This document shows positions 18,254-26,771 of a stretch of DNA of 44,858 nucleotides, in pieces; positions within the stretch are counted from its first letter, which is position 1; each line of letters opens with the position of its first letter. Position numbers and translations under genes: made by a program. A model generated the notes under the pieces. That model saw only the letters and a program-made list of their open reading frames with translations, had not been told where the DNA came from and made no database searches. Origin of the DNA: Myxococcota bacterium (lineage in GTDB: Bacteria > Myxococcota_A > Polyangia > Nannocystales > Nannocystaceae); NCBI GenBank assembly GCA_039028615.1, contig JBCCHT010000066.1, positions 1 to 44,858 of the forward strand, given 5' to 3'.

Positions 18254-18539
18254 TTATTTGAACATCGTTCCGAGCGGTTTAGTTGCGACCTCGGGATGAC
18301 CGTCATCGACCGACGTCGATGACGACGTCGATCGACCGGCGGCTCCGCAGCGGATCGCGACACCGACCCATGCGATCCATCTCCGTCAATTTCGATCGCA
18401 TCGAGCCATCCCGTATCGGGCTCGACTCCGGTCGTTCCCCGATGACGAAGTGCACCCCCGCGAACTCGAAACGGCCCGGCTTGGGGCATGCCTCTGCGCT
18501 TCGGTTGCTGGCCCCAAGCCGACCTGACACGATGCGGCG

Positions 18540-19145
18540 ATGTCGATCCGCGACCTGCCGGACACCACGTTGGTCAAAGGGACGGGGCTCAACTCGGCCA
18601 TGATCTTCGCGGAGAACGAGCTCGGCCAGAGCGTGGTCGGACGCGCGCTGAAGGACCTCGAGCCGACCCACGGCGAGTACCAGCACCACCGCCTGCCGGG
18701 CGCGCTCAACCCGTTACCCACCGCGGCCGCGGCATGGGTGGCCGTGTCGGATCTGCACGGGGGCAGCATCGCGGAGCGTCGCGTGTTCTTCCAGAAGATG
18801 GGGGTCTATATCGCCGACACGAACCTCCACGGCATCTACAAGACGCTGCTGTCGCTCATCGTCAACCCGCAGCGGTTGGCCAAACGGGTGCCGCAGCTGT
18901 GGTCGACCTACTTCCGCGGGCTGACGGTTCGCATGGATTTCGACGACGTCCGCAGCGGCAAGCTCCGCTTCGACGTGGATGGGTTCGGCGGTGCTCCGCA
19001 CATCGGCGAGATGGCCGAGGGCTGGCTGGCATTCGCGTTCGGCCTCGTGGGCGGCGAAGAGGTGGTGGCCACCGAAGAAGCGCTCGAAGCCGGGCGCCCC
19101 CACCCCGGCACCACGATGCGCTATCACGTGTCGTGGCGGGTCTGA
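18540..19145 (+). CDS. Myxobacterial DUF2378-like (H-NOX/V4R-like fold) protein
   Basis: VKGT near the N-terminus, RLAKRVPQLWSTYF, EGWL...VGG, and a C-terminal YHVSW pattern. Confidence 0.65.
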   Translation: MSIRDLPDTTLVKGTGLNSAMIFAENELGQSVVGRALKDLEPTHGEYQHHRLPGALNPLPTAAAAWVAVSDLHGGSIAERRVFFQKMGVYIADTNLHGIYKTLLSLIVNPQRLAKRVPQLWSTYFRGLTVRMDFDDVRSGKLRFDVDGFGGAPHIGEMAEGWLAFAFGLVGGEEVVATEEALEAGRPHPGTTMRYHVSWRV

Positions 19146-19155
19146 GCGCTCCCGT

Positions 19156-19656
19156 TCACGACGCCGCGTCCTGCTCTCCCTGCTCGAGCTTCTCGCGAAG
19201 CCGACGCGTCATGCTGGCCACGCGCCGCACCATGGTCTCGGACGCATCGTCGAACGCCATGTCGAGCAACGCATTGGACACGGCGACGAAGCGCGGGAAG
19301 TAGCGCCTCGCCTTGGGCGTGGGGCGGATCAAGATCGCGCGCCCATCGTCGGGGTCGCCTTCGCGCGTGACCCAGTCCTTGTCCTCGAGCGCACGCACGA
19401 AGCGACCGATGGTGGGCTGCGACAGACCTTGGTGCTCGGCGAGCTCGCGAGCGGTCAGCGGACGCCGCGCCTCAAACAGCACCATCAAGATCGCCGCCTG
19501 CTGCGGCGTCACATCCGAAAGACCCTCGCGAGCGAAGAGCGTCCCGATACAGCGCTCCAGCGCGCGGTGGATGCGACCGAAATTCAAGTAAGCCTCGGTC
19601 TGCTGTCGCCGTAGTTCCAGCGAGACCTTCTTGGGAACGGGAGCAGAGTGGGACAT
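19156..19656 (-). CDS. MarR family transcriptional regulator
   Basis: VTPQQAAIL, LTARELA, SQPTIGRFVRALEDKDWVTR and DPDDGR winged-helix motifs. Confidence 0.93.
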   Translation of the reverse strand: MSHSAPVPKKVSLELRRQQTEAYLNFGRIHRALERCIGTLFAREGLSDVTPQQAAILMVLFEARRPLTARELAEHQGLSQPTIGRFVRALEDKDWVTREGDPDDGRAILIRPTPKARRYFPRFVAVSNALLDMAFDDASETMVRRVASMTRRLREKLEQGEQDAAS

Positions 19657-19702
19657 GACAGCGCTACCTCACGCGGTCCCGATCGGGAACGCCTCTGGCC
19701 AA

Positions 19703-19728
19703 GAGATACTAAGCATGCTTAGTATCTC
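19703..19728. promoter_or_regulatory. Perfect 26-bp palindrome, probable MarR operator
   Basis: GAGATACTAAGCA|TGCTTAGTATCTC in the 93-nt gap between divergent marR and fadA. Confidence 0.8.
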
Positions 19729-19749
19729 GGGTCAAAGAGAGGATTCATC

Positions 19750-20955
19750 GTGCCCGACGCCTATTTGTTCGACGCCGTACGTACCCCGCGTGGCCGGGGC
19801 AAGAGCAGCGGAAGCTTGTACACCGTTCGCCCCGTCGACCTGCTCGCACAGAGCCTGGTCGCCCTTCGTGACCGCAACGAGCTGGACACCTCGCAGGTCG
19901 ACGACGTCGTGGTCGGCTGCGTGACGCAGACCGGCGACCAGGGTGCCTGCATCGCTCGGTTCGCCGCCCTCGAGGCCGGCTACGACGTCGACGCGCCCGG
20001 CGTGACCCTCAACCGCTTCTGCGGCTCGGGCCTCCAGGCGGTCAACGACGCCGCGGCCATGGTCGCCTCCGGCTTCTACGATCTGGTCATCGCCGGCGGC
20101 GTGGAGAGCATGTCGCGGGTCAAGATGGGCAGCGACGGCGGAGCCATCTGGGACCCGCGCACGCAGTGGAACGTGGGCTCGGTGCCTCAGGGCATCAGCG
20201 CCGATCTGCTCGCCACGCTCAACAGCATCAACCGCCAAGACGTCGACCAGTTCGCGGTGACCAGCCAGGAGCGCGCGGTCGATGCCATCGAGCACCATCG
20301 CTTCGATCGCAGCATCGTGCCCGTCAAGGACGACAGCGGCCTGACCATCCTCGGCCGCGACGAGCATCCCCGGCCGGGCACCACCATGGACAAGCTCGCC
20401 GAGCTGTCCCCCTCGTTCGAGACCATGGGTCGCCAGTTCGGCCTCGACAGCCTCACCCGCGGTCGTTACCCGCACGTCGAGCGCATCGACCACATCCACC
20501 ACGCGGGCAACTCCTCGGGCATCGTCGATGGCGCGGCGGCACAGATCGTCGCCACGCTCGACAAGGGCAAGGGCCTGGGCCTGAAGCCGCGCGCCAAGGT
20601 CCGCTCGGTCGCCGTGGTGGGCACCGATCCGGTGCTGATGCTGGCCGGTCCCATGCCCGCCACCCAGCGCGCGCTGAGCAAGGCCGGCATGGAGGTCGGT
20701 GACATCGACCTGTTCGAGGTCAACGAGGCCTTCGCCGCCGTACCCCTGGCGTTCATGCAGGAGCTCGACGTCCCGCACGACAAGGTCAACGTCAACGGCG
20801 GCGCCATTGCGCTGGGGCACCCGCTGGGGGCCACCGGAGCCATGCTCATGGGCACCCTGCTCGATGCCCTCGAAGATCGAAACCTCAGCACTGGGGTCGT
20901 GACCCTGTGCATCGGCGGCGGCATGGGCATCGCCACCGTCGTCGAGCGTGTCTAA
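19750..20955 (+). CDS. fadA: Acetyl-CoA C-acyltransferase (3-ketoacyl-CoA thiolase)
   Basis: NRFCGSG, GGVESMS, NEAF, GHPLGATG and CIGGGMG motifs. SD GAGG is present. Confidence 0.96.
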   Translation: MPDAYLFDAVRTPRGRGKSSGSLYTVRPVDLLAQSLVALRDRNELDTSQVDDVVVGCVTQTGDQGACIARFAALEAGYDVDAPGVTLNRFCGSGLQAVNDAAAMVASGFYDLVIAGGVESMSRVKMGSDGGAIWDPRTQWNVGSVPQGISADLLATLNSINRQDVDQFAVTSQERAVDAIEHHRFDRSIVPVKDDSGLTILGRDEHPRPGTTMDKLAELSPSFETMGRQFGLDSLTRGRYPHVERIDHIHHAGNSSGIVDGAAAQIVATLDKGKGLGLKPRAKVRSVAVVGTDPVLMLAGPMPATQRALSKAGMEVGDIDLFEVNEAFAAVPLAFMQELDVPHDKVNVNGGAIALGHPLGATGAMLMGTLLDALEDRNLSTGVVTLCIGGGMGIATVVERV

Positions 20956-20973
20956 CCCGCGGGAGTCATCGTC

Positions 20974-23118
20974 ATGAGCAAGACCATCGAGACCACCACC
21001 GAAAACGGTCAGGCCGCGCTGTCGCTCGATCCCGGCACCGGGGTCGCCACCATCACGCTGAAGATGGAGGGCCGGGCCAACAAGATCAACGACGACTTCG
21101 GCAACACCCTGGTCCAGGCCATCGACTGGGCCGAGGGGCAAGAGGGGCTCGAGGGCATCATCCTCGCCTCCGGTCACAAGGACTTCTGCGTCGGGGCCGA
21201 CATCGACCGGCTCTACAAAGAGCGCGATCCGGCCGACCTCATGAAGCGCCTGCGCGAGCTGGGCGGGCTCTTCCGTCGGCTCGAGCAGCTGCCCGTGCCC
21301 GTCGTCGCCGCCCTCACCGGCTCGGCGCTGGGCGGCGGCTACGAGCTGGCGCTGTCCTGTCACCGCCGCATCGCCGTCGACGATCCGCGCGTGCAGATCG
21401 GCCTGCCCGAGGTCAGCCTCGGCGTGATTCCGGGGGCGGGCGGCACCCAGCGCTTGCCTCGACTCATCGGCATCCAAGCCGCCCTCGAGCACATCGTGCA
21501 GGCCAAGATCGTCCGCGCCCCCAAGGCCAAGAAGGTCGGCATGGTCGACGAGCTGGCCGCCGATCGCGAAGCGGTCATGGCCGCGGCCCGCGAGTGGATC
21601 GCCGCCAACCCCAAGGCCAAGCAGCCCTGGGACGTCAAGAAGTTCCGCTTCCCGGGGGCTCGCCCCGGCGGGGCCGATGCCCGCAACATGTTCATGGCCG
21701 GCTCGGCCATGCTCTACAAGAAGACGGCGGGGGCCTTCCCCGCGGCCGAGGATGCCCTCAGCGCCGTGCAAGAGGGCTGCGCCGTGGTCTTCGATCGCGC
21801 CCTCGAGATCGAGATGCGCTACTTCGCCAACCTCGCCACGAGCGACCAAGCCAAGGACATGATCCGAACGCTCTGGTACCACCGCACCGCGGCCGAGAAG
21901 CACGAGGGCCTGCCCACCACCAAGGAGCACGGTTTCTCCAAGGTCGGCGTCATCGGAGCGGGCATGATGGGGGCCGGCCTGGCCTTCGTCTGCGCCAAGG
22001 CGGGCATGGACGTCGTGCTCAAGGACGTCAAGGACGAGGCCCTGGCCCGCGGCATCGCCCACGTCGACGCTCAGGTCGCCAAGCAGCGGCACATGAGCGA
22101 CGACGACAAGAAGGCGCTGCGCGGACGCATCAAGGGCACGCTCGACGTCGGTGACCTCCAGGGCTGTGACCTGGTCATCGAGGCGGTGTTCGAGAACCTC
22201 GACCTCAAGCACGTGGTCACCCAGGAGACCGAGCCGGTCCTCGCCGAGGGCGGCATCTGGGCGTCGAACACCTCGGCCATCCCCATCGCCGATCTGGCCA
22301 AGGTCTCCAAACACCCCGATCGTTTCATCGGCATGCACTTCTTCTCGCCCGTCGAGAAGATGCAGCTGCTCGAGATCATCACTCCCGACACCACCTCGGA
22401 GGAGACCCTCGCGCGCTCGCTGGCCTTCTGCCGCGCGATCAAGAAGCTGCCGATCGTCGTCGGCGATGGCTACGGCTTCTACACCACGCGGGTGTTCTCG
22501 GCCTACATCGTCGAGGGGGCCCAGCTCGTCGCCGAGGGTCACGACCCCGCCACCATCGAGTGGGCGGCCCGAGCTGCGGGCATGGTGGTGCCGCCGCTGC
22601 AGGTCTTCGACGAGGTCACGCTCACCCTCGTGTGCAAGGGCTTCAAGCAAGGCCGGGCCTACGGGCGCGAACTCGACATCGCCGCGGTCGGGCTCATCGA
22701 GTCGATGGTCAACGACCACCAGCGCGAGGGCAAAGCCGCGGGCGGTGGCTTCTACGACTACGGCAAGGACGGCCGTCGCCTGTGGAGCGGCCTCAAAGAG
22801 CTGGTGAAGGCCACGCCCGAGAAGACCGGAGTCGAGCTCATCGGCGACCGTCTGCTGGGGCTGCAGGCCCTCGAGGCGGCGCGCTGCGTCGAGTCGGGCG
22901 TGCTCAAGCGCAACCGTGATGCCGAGGTCGGAGGTATCTTCGGCATCGGCTTCGCCCCGAACATGGGCGGGCCGCTGTCGTATATCGATCGCTTCGGCGT
23001 CGCCGAGTTCGTCGCTCGCATGGACGAGTTCGCCGGCAAGTACGGCGAGCGCTACGAGCCGCCCACGCTGCTGCGAGACATGGCCGAGCGCGGCGAGACC
23101 TTCTTCGAGAAGGTCTGA
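20974..23118 (+). CDS. fadB: Multifunctional enoyl-CoA hydratase / 3-hydroxyacyl-CoA dehydrogenase
   Basis: ALGGGYEL, GLPEV, GAGMMG, IEAVFE, ASNTS and GMHFFSPV motifs. Confidence 0.95.
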   Translation: MSKTIETTTENGQAALSLDPGTGVATITLKMEGRANKINDDFGNTLVQAIDWAEGQEGLEGIILASGHKDFCVGADIDRLYKERDPADLMKRLRELGGLFRRLEQLPVPVVAALTGSALGGGYELALSCHRRIAVDDPRVQIGLPEVSLGVIPGAGGTQRLPRLIGIQAALEHIVQAKIVRAPKAKKVGMVDELAADREAVMAAAREWIAANPKAKQPWDVKKFRFPGARPGGADARNMFMAGSAMLYKKTAGAFPAAEDALSAVQEGCAVVFDRALEIEMRYFANLATSDQAKDMIRTLWYHRTAAEKHEGLPTTKEHGFSKVGVIGAGMMGAGLAFVCAKAGMDVVLKDVKDEALARGIAHVDAQVAKQRHMSDDDKKALRGRIKGTLDVGDLQGCDLVIEAVFENLDLKHVVTQETEPVLAEGGIWASNTSAIPIADLAKVSKHPDRFIGMHFFSPVEKMQLLEIITPDTTSEETLARSLAFCRAIKKLPIVVGDGYGFYTTRVFSAYIVEGAQLVAEGHDPATIEWAARAAGMVVPPLQVFDEVTLTLVCKGFKQGRAYGRELDIAAVGLIESMVNDHQREGKAAGGGFYDYGKDGRRLWSGLKELVKATPEKTGVELIGDRLLGLQALEAARCVESGVLKRNRDAEVGGIFGIGFAPNMGGPLSYIDRFGVAEFVARMDEFAGKYGERYEPPTLLRDMAERGETFFEKV

Positions 23119-23137
23119 GGCGCTCCGCCGTCGGGCA

Positions 23138-23177
23138 ACGGGCGTCGCGATCTCTTCGCGGCGCCCGTCGTCGTTTC
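23138..23177 (+). terminator. Intrinsic-terminator-like hairpin after fadB
   Basis: ACGGGCGTCGCGA-tctct-TCGCGGCGCCCGT followed by CGTCGTTTC. Confidence 0.6.
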
Positions 23178-23343
23178 GAACGCGTGTGCGGCGTACCGCA
23201 GCGCACCCCACGTACAGCTCAGGGCACCGTCATGGCGTTGGCCGTGATCCTGCTCTCGAACGGGCGCGCGAGATGGCGCGACGTGTCGCGCGACAGCCTG
23301 TCGCACCCGGATACTGTCTACGGTGTCGCTCAGGAACTTGCCC

Positions 23344-23970
23344 ATGTCCCGACGCCTCAACCCCCTGCTTCTCGCCTGTGGCCTCCTCGTTGGGGCCGGC
23401 ATCAACGCCTGCACCACCGACGACGACTCCGGCGAGGTCGTTGCGGGTGCCTGCCAGATGGTCATCGACGCCTGCCACAGCAAGGACGACGGCAGCGATG
23501 AGATGATCAACGGCTGTCACTCCGTGGCCCACGACGGCGACGACGCGACCTGCTCCCCCGATCTCCAGGCCTGCCTCGATGCCTGCAACGCGGCCGACCC
23601 GGTCGGCGGTGGTCACGATGACCACGGCCACGAGACCGATCATGACGACCACGGTGAGACCGGCCATGACGATCATGGCGACACCGATCACGGTACCGGC
23701 CACGACGGGACCCACGGCGACACCGATCACGACGACCACGGCGACACCGATCACGGCGACACCGATCACGACGACCACGGCACGACCGGCGACCATGGCT
23801 CGACCGGCGCCGACGACTCGAGCGATGCCAGCTGCTCCGAGCTCGGCTCGGTCTGCCACGACGTCGCCGACGAGTTCGGCAGCATGTGCCACGACGTCGG
23901 CCACGACGGCGACGAAGCCGCCTGCGCCAAGGTCTGGGTCGAGTGCATCGACCACTGCACCGGCGGCTGA
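23344..23970 (+). CDS. His/Asp-rich lipoprotein with a duplicated 6-Cys/3-His domain (putative metal-binding)
   Basis: SD AGGA and lipobox-like INAC. Two copies of C-x6-CH-x9/12-CH-x3-HDGD-x3-C-x6-C-x3-C flank an HDDHG/DTDH linker. Confidence 0.85.
   Translation: MSRRLNPLLLACGLLVGAGINACTTDDDSGEVVAGACQMVIDACHSKDDGSDEMINGCHSVAHDGDDATCSPDLQACLDACNAADPVGGGHDDHGHETDHDDHGETGHDDHGDTDHGTGHDGTHGDTDHDDHGDTDHGDTDHDDHGTTGDHGSTGADDSSDASCSELGSVCHDVADEFGSMCHDVGHDGDEAACAKVWVECIDHCTGG
23614..23796 (+). repeat. Imperfect in-frame tandem repeats encoding HDDHG / GDTDH units
   Basis: Repeated GGCGACACCGATCAC and GACGACCAC units. Confidence 0.8.
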
Positions 23971-23989
23971 AGCCCCTCCCCCCTCGCAG

Positions 23990-24028
23990 AAGTGGCTCGG
24001 GAACGCGCGCTCCCGGGCCACTTTTCGT
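23990..24028 (+). terminator. Intrinsic terminator after the His-rich lipoprotein
   Basis: AAGTGGCTCGGGA-N8-TCCCGGGCCACTT followed by TTCGT. Confidence 0.65.
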
Positions 24029-24061
24029 GGTTGTCCCGTCCGGTAGACTGCGGCCGCGCGC

Positions 24062-24979
24062 ATGCCCTTCGTTCCTCCTCCCGCCCTTCCTCCGTGGCTG
24101 ACCGCCGAGCTCCCGCACGATCGCCGCGGCTACGAGCTCGAGCGCGGCCTCGATGCCGGCCGCTCGCTGCACCTCATCGACGACGGCCCCCGCGATGCTC
24201 CCGTCGTGGTCATGCTGCACGGCAATCCCACGTGGAGCTTTCTGTGGCGCAAGGTCATCGCCGCCCTGCCCGGTCGACGGTGCATCGCCCCCGACCTGCT
24301 CGGCCTCGGGCTCTCGTACAAGCTCCCGAAGCTCGCCGACCACAGCGTCGAGCGACACGTGGATGCCATCGCCGAGCTGCTCGACGCCCTCGACCTCGGT
24401 CGCTACGTGCTCGTGGGTCAGGACTGGGGTGGCGCGCTGCTGCCCTCGATCGCGGCGCGAGCCCCCGAGCGCGTGGCGGGGATCGTGCTGGCCAACACCA
24501 CGGTCGTCGTGCCGAAGGACCTGTCGCGCTCGACCGCGTTTCATCGCTTCGCCCGCATGCCGCTGGTGGCCGAGTTCGCCTTCCAGACCCTCGGCCTCGC
24601 GCACCGCATGCTGTGGACGGCTCAGGGTGACTTCCGCTCGCTGCGTTCGGGCGTCGAGGCCCGTGCCTATCGCTGGCCGCTTCGCAACCGTCGCGAGCGG
24701 GCGGCTCCCTTGGCGCTCGCTCGCATGGTCCCCTCCACGCCCGACCATCCTTCGGTCGCGCCGCTGCGTCAGGGCCAAGCCTGGATCGAGAGCTTCGAGG
24801 GACCGATGGCGCTGGTGTGGGGCACCCGAGATCCCGTGCTCGGGCGTGCGCTCAAAAAGCACGAACGGACCTTCCCCCGCGCTCCCGTCACCCTGACCAA
24901 GGCCGGACATTTCCTCCAAGAGCAGGTCCCCGGGGCGCTCGCCGCGGCCATCGAGGACGTGCTCGAACGCGCCGACTAG
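24062..24979 (+). CDS. Alpha/beta hydrolase, haloalkane dehalogenase / OleB-like
   Basis: HGNPTWSFLWR, nucleophile motif GQDWGG, WGTRDPV and AGHFLQE. Confidence 0.9.
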   Translation: MPFVPPPALPPWLTAELPHDRRGYELERGLDAGRSLHLIDDGPRDAPVVVMLHGNPTWSFLWRKVIAALPGRRCIAPDLLGLGLSYKLPKLADHSVERHVDAIAELLDALDLGRYVLVGQDWGGALLPSIAARAPERVAGIVLANTTVVVPKDLSRSTAFHRFARMPLVAEFAFQTLGLAHRMLWTAQGDFRSLRSGVEARAYRWPLRNRRERAAPLALARMVPSTPDHPSVAPLRQGQAWIESFEGPMALVWGTRDPVLGRALKKHERTFPRAPVTLTKAGHFLQEQVPGALAAAIEDVLERAD

Positions 24980-25060
24980 CGCGGTCGCCCGGGCGATCTG
25001 CGCGGAAATACCGCAGGGCGGGCCGCCGGGAGGCTGCGTCGTCGCGACACGGTGACCCGC

Positions 25061-25086
25061 GTCGCGTTGACATCCTGTCACGCGAC
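25061..25086. promoter_or_regulatory. Inverted repeat, candidate enhancer (bEBP-binding) site
   Basis: GTCGCG(T)TGACA-TCC-TGTCACGCGAC, 50-75 nt upstream of a sigma54 motif. Confidence 0.45.
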
Positions 25087-25133
25087 CCGTGACTCACGGC
25101 CCGGATCCCCGCGATATCGACGGCTGCACCAAG

Positions 25134-25149
25134 TGGCATTATCGTTGCA
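25134..25149 (+). promoter_or_regulatory. Sigma54 (-24/-12) promoter
   Basis: TGGCAT-TATCG-TTGCA with exact GG-N10-GC spacing, about 90 nt upstream of ATG 25239. Confidence 0.7.
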
Positions 25150-25238
25150 GCTTCCTCGCGCGCGTCGCGGCTGCACGACCCGATTTCCTTCCGTGCTTTC
25201 GTTTCGTCCCCGGGCCGCGCGGCCGCGACGACTCTTCC

Positions 25239-26771
25239 ATGCTCTCGTCTTCGACAACTCCTCGGCTCCTCGCCGCGCTCGCCGGGCTGGGAACGCTGGC
25301 GCTCGCCGGGCCCGCAGCGGCGGTGCCCGTCACGTCCACGGACCTCCAGATCACGTACCGCTTCGTCGAGGACGACGGTTCGTCGGGCACCGAGCTGCTG
25401 CAGAACGATCTGAACTTTTACGTCAATCAGGCGCGGTGCCAGTGCGGCGAGCAGATCGAGGCGCGCATCTTCCTCAGCGCGCCCTCGGACGGCATGTACG
25501 ACAACGACTTCGTGCGAACCTTCGTCGGCACGCAATGCGACGCGGGGCAGGACAGCGTGGGCGCCATGACTCGCCCCTGCGCCAAGCTCATCGACGCGCA
25601 GCCCAACGACTACAACGACACCATCACCACCACCTTCGACACGGTGTGGCTGTCGTCGCGGGTCCCCGACCTGACCGATCAATCGCCCGAGTCCGCCTCG
25701 CCCATCGACCCCTGCGGCGGCAACCAGAGCGGCGAGGCCGGCATCTGGGTCTGCGCCGAGGACGGCAGCCAGACCGACTGCCAGGGCAGCGAGTTCATCA
25801 TTCAGGGCACGCAGAATCAAAACGGCACGAACAGCACCCAGGCCGACCCCAACGCGAGCGGCTCCGGGGGCATCGTGTTCGACTACCAGCCCCCGCAGGA
25901 CACCCTCACCGGATTCGACTCGAGCCCGGGCGACGGCGCGGTGGTCATCCGCTGGGATCGCAGCAACTCCGCGCAGATCAACGGCTACCGCGTGCTGTGT
26001 GCCGACCTCGCCGGCAACCCGGTGCTCGGGGGAGCCAGCGCACCTCCGCGCTCGGCCGCGACCGACGGCACCCTGTACTACACCGCCGAGAACCTCTGCC
26101 CCGGCGAGGTCAAGTACGTCGTCGAGACGACCGACACCGGCTCCGAAGACGACGGCGGCTCGGAGACCACGGGCGACGAGGGCACCACGGGCGACGAGGG
26201 CACCACGGGTGACCGCAGCAGCACGGGCGCGCAGCTCGATCCGCTCATCGGAGACGGCTGGGGCTACGGCGAGAGTGCCGGGGGAACAACCGGGGGCACG
26301 GATGACGGCACGGGCGGCAGCACCACGGGTGGGGCCACCTCCTCCGGCACCGACAGTGGCAGCAGCACGGGTGGCAGCACCACCGACGGCGGCACCACGA
26401 CCGGCAGCAGCGGAGGCAGCGTCGCCGATTCGCCCCTGTCCAGCCTCGACTGGGCCTACGTGTGCTCCGACCACATCAGCGCCACCGGCACCGAGGCTCG
26501 CGTCGACGGGCTGCAAAACGGCACCGAGTACCAATTCATCGTCGTGGCCTATGACCGCGCGGGCAACCCCGTCATCGTCTCGCCCGAGGTGATGTTCGAG
26601 ACCCCGGAGCAGACCACCGACTTCTGGGAGCAGTGCGAAGCCCAAGGTGACCTGTGCGGCACCGGAGGCTTCTGTCACTGCCGCTCCGACGACTCCAACC
26701 CCGCCGCCTGGCTGGGGACCGGCCTGCTCTTGTTCGTCATGGCCGGCCTGCGCCGCAGGGGGAACCGATGA
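25239..26771 (+). CDS. MYXO-CTERM-anchored fibronectin type III protein (MXAN_2561-like)
   Basis: Signal peptide, Cys-rich N-terminal domain, fn3 strands (PGDGAVVIRW...GYRV and DGLQNGTEYQFIVVAYDRAGN), TTDFWE, and a C-terminal GGFCHC...TM...RRR sorting signal. Confidence 0.85.
   Translation: MLSSSTTPRLLAALAGLGTLALAGPAAAVPVTSTDLQITYRFVEDDGSSGTELLQNDLNFYVNQARCQCGEQIEARIFLSAPSDGMYDNDFVRTFVGTQCDAGQDSVGAMTRPCAKLIDAQPNDYNDTITTTFDTVWLSSRVPDLTDQSPESASPIDPCGGNQSGEAGIWVCAEDGSQTDCQGSEFIIQGTQNQNGTNSTQADPNASGSGGIVFDYQPPQDTLTGFDSSPGDGAVVIRWDRSNSAQINGYRVLCADLAGNPVLGGASAPPRSAATDGTLYYTAENLCPGEVKYVVETTDTGSEDDGGSETTGDEGTTGDEGTTGDRSSTGAQLDPLIGDGWGYGESAGGTTGGTDDGTGGSTTGGATSSGTDSGSSTGGSTTDGGTTTGSSGGSVADSPLSSLDWAYVCSDHISATGTEARVDGLQNGTEYQFIVVAYDRAGNPVIVSPEVMFETPEQTTDFWEQCEAQGDLCGTGGFCHCRSDDSNPAAWLGTGLLLFVMAGLRRRGNR
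26166..26213 (+). repeat. 18-bp in-frame tandem repeat (TTGDEG, about 2.7 copies)
   Basis: ACCACGGGCGACGAGGGC twice, then ACCACGGGTGAC. Confidence 0.85.

Noticed and set aside
19732..23211. 1159-aa ORF on the minus strand
   Set aside because: It is the antisense shadow of the highly biased fadA-fadB. Such stop-free frames are common in GC-rich DNA, and it has no recognisable motifs.
23614..23796. Repeat array as a CRISPR or mobile repeat
   Set aside because: Short, degenerate, in-frame coding repeats with no unique spacers and no cas genes.
23449..23960. Multihaem c-type cytochrome
   Set aside because: The CH dipeptides are not in CxxCH context. Non-canonical CX6CH haem attachment cannot be excluded but is unsupported.
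19750..24979. ole (olefin biosynthesis) cluster
   Set aside because: The thiolase is a degradative FadA type rather than OleA, and there is no OleC or OleD. The hydrolase is separated by terminators.
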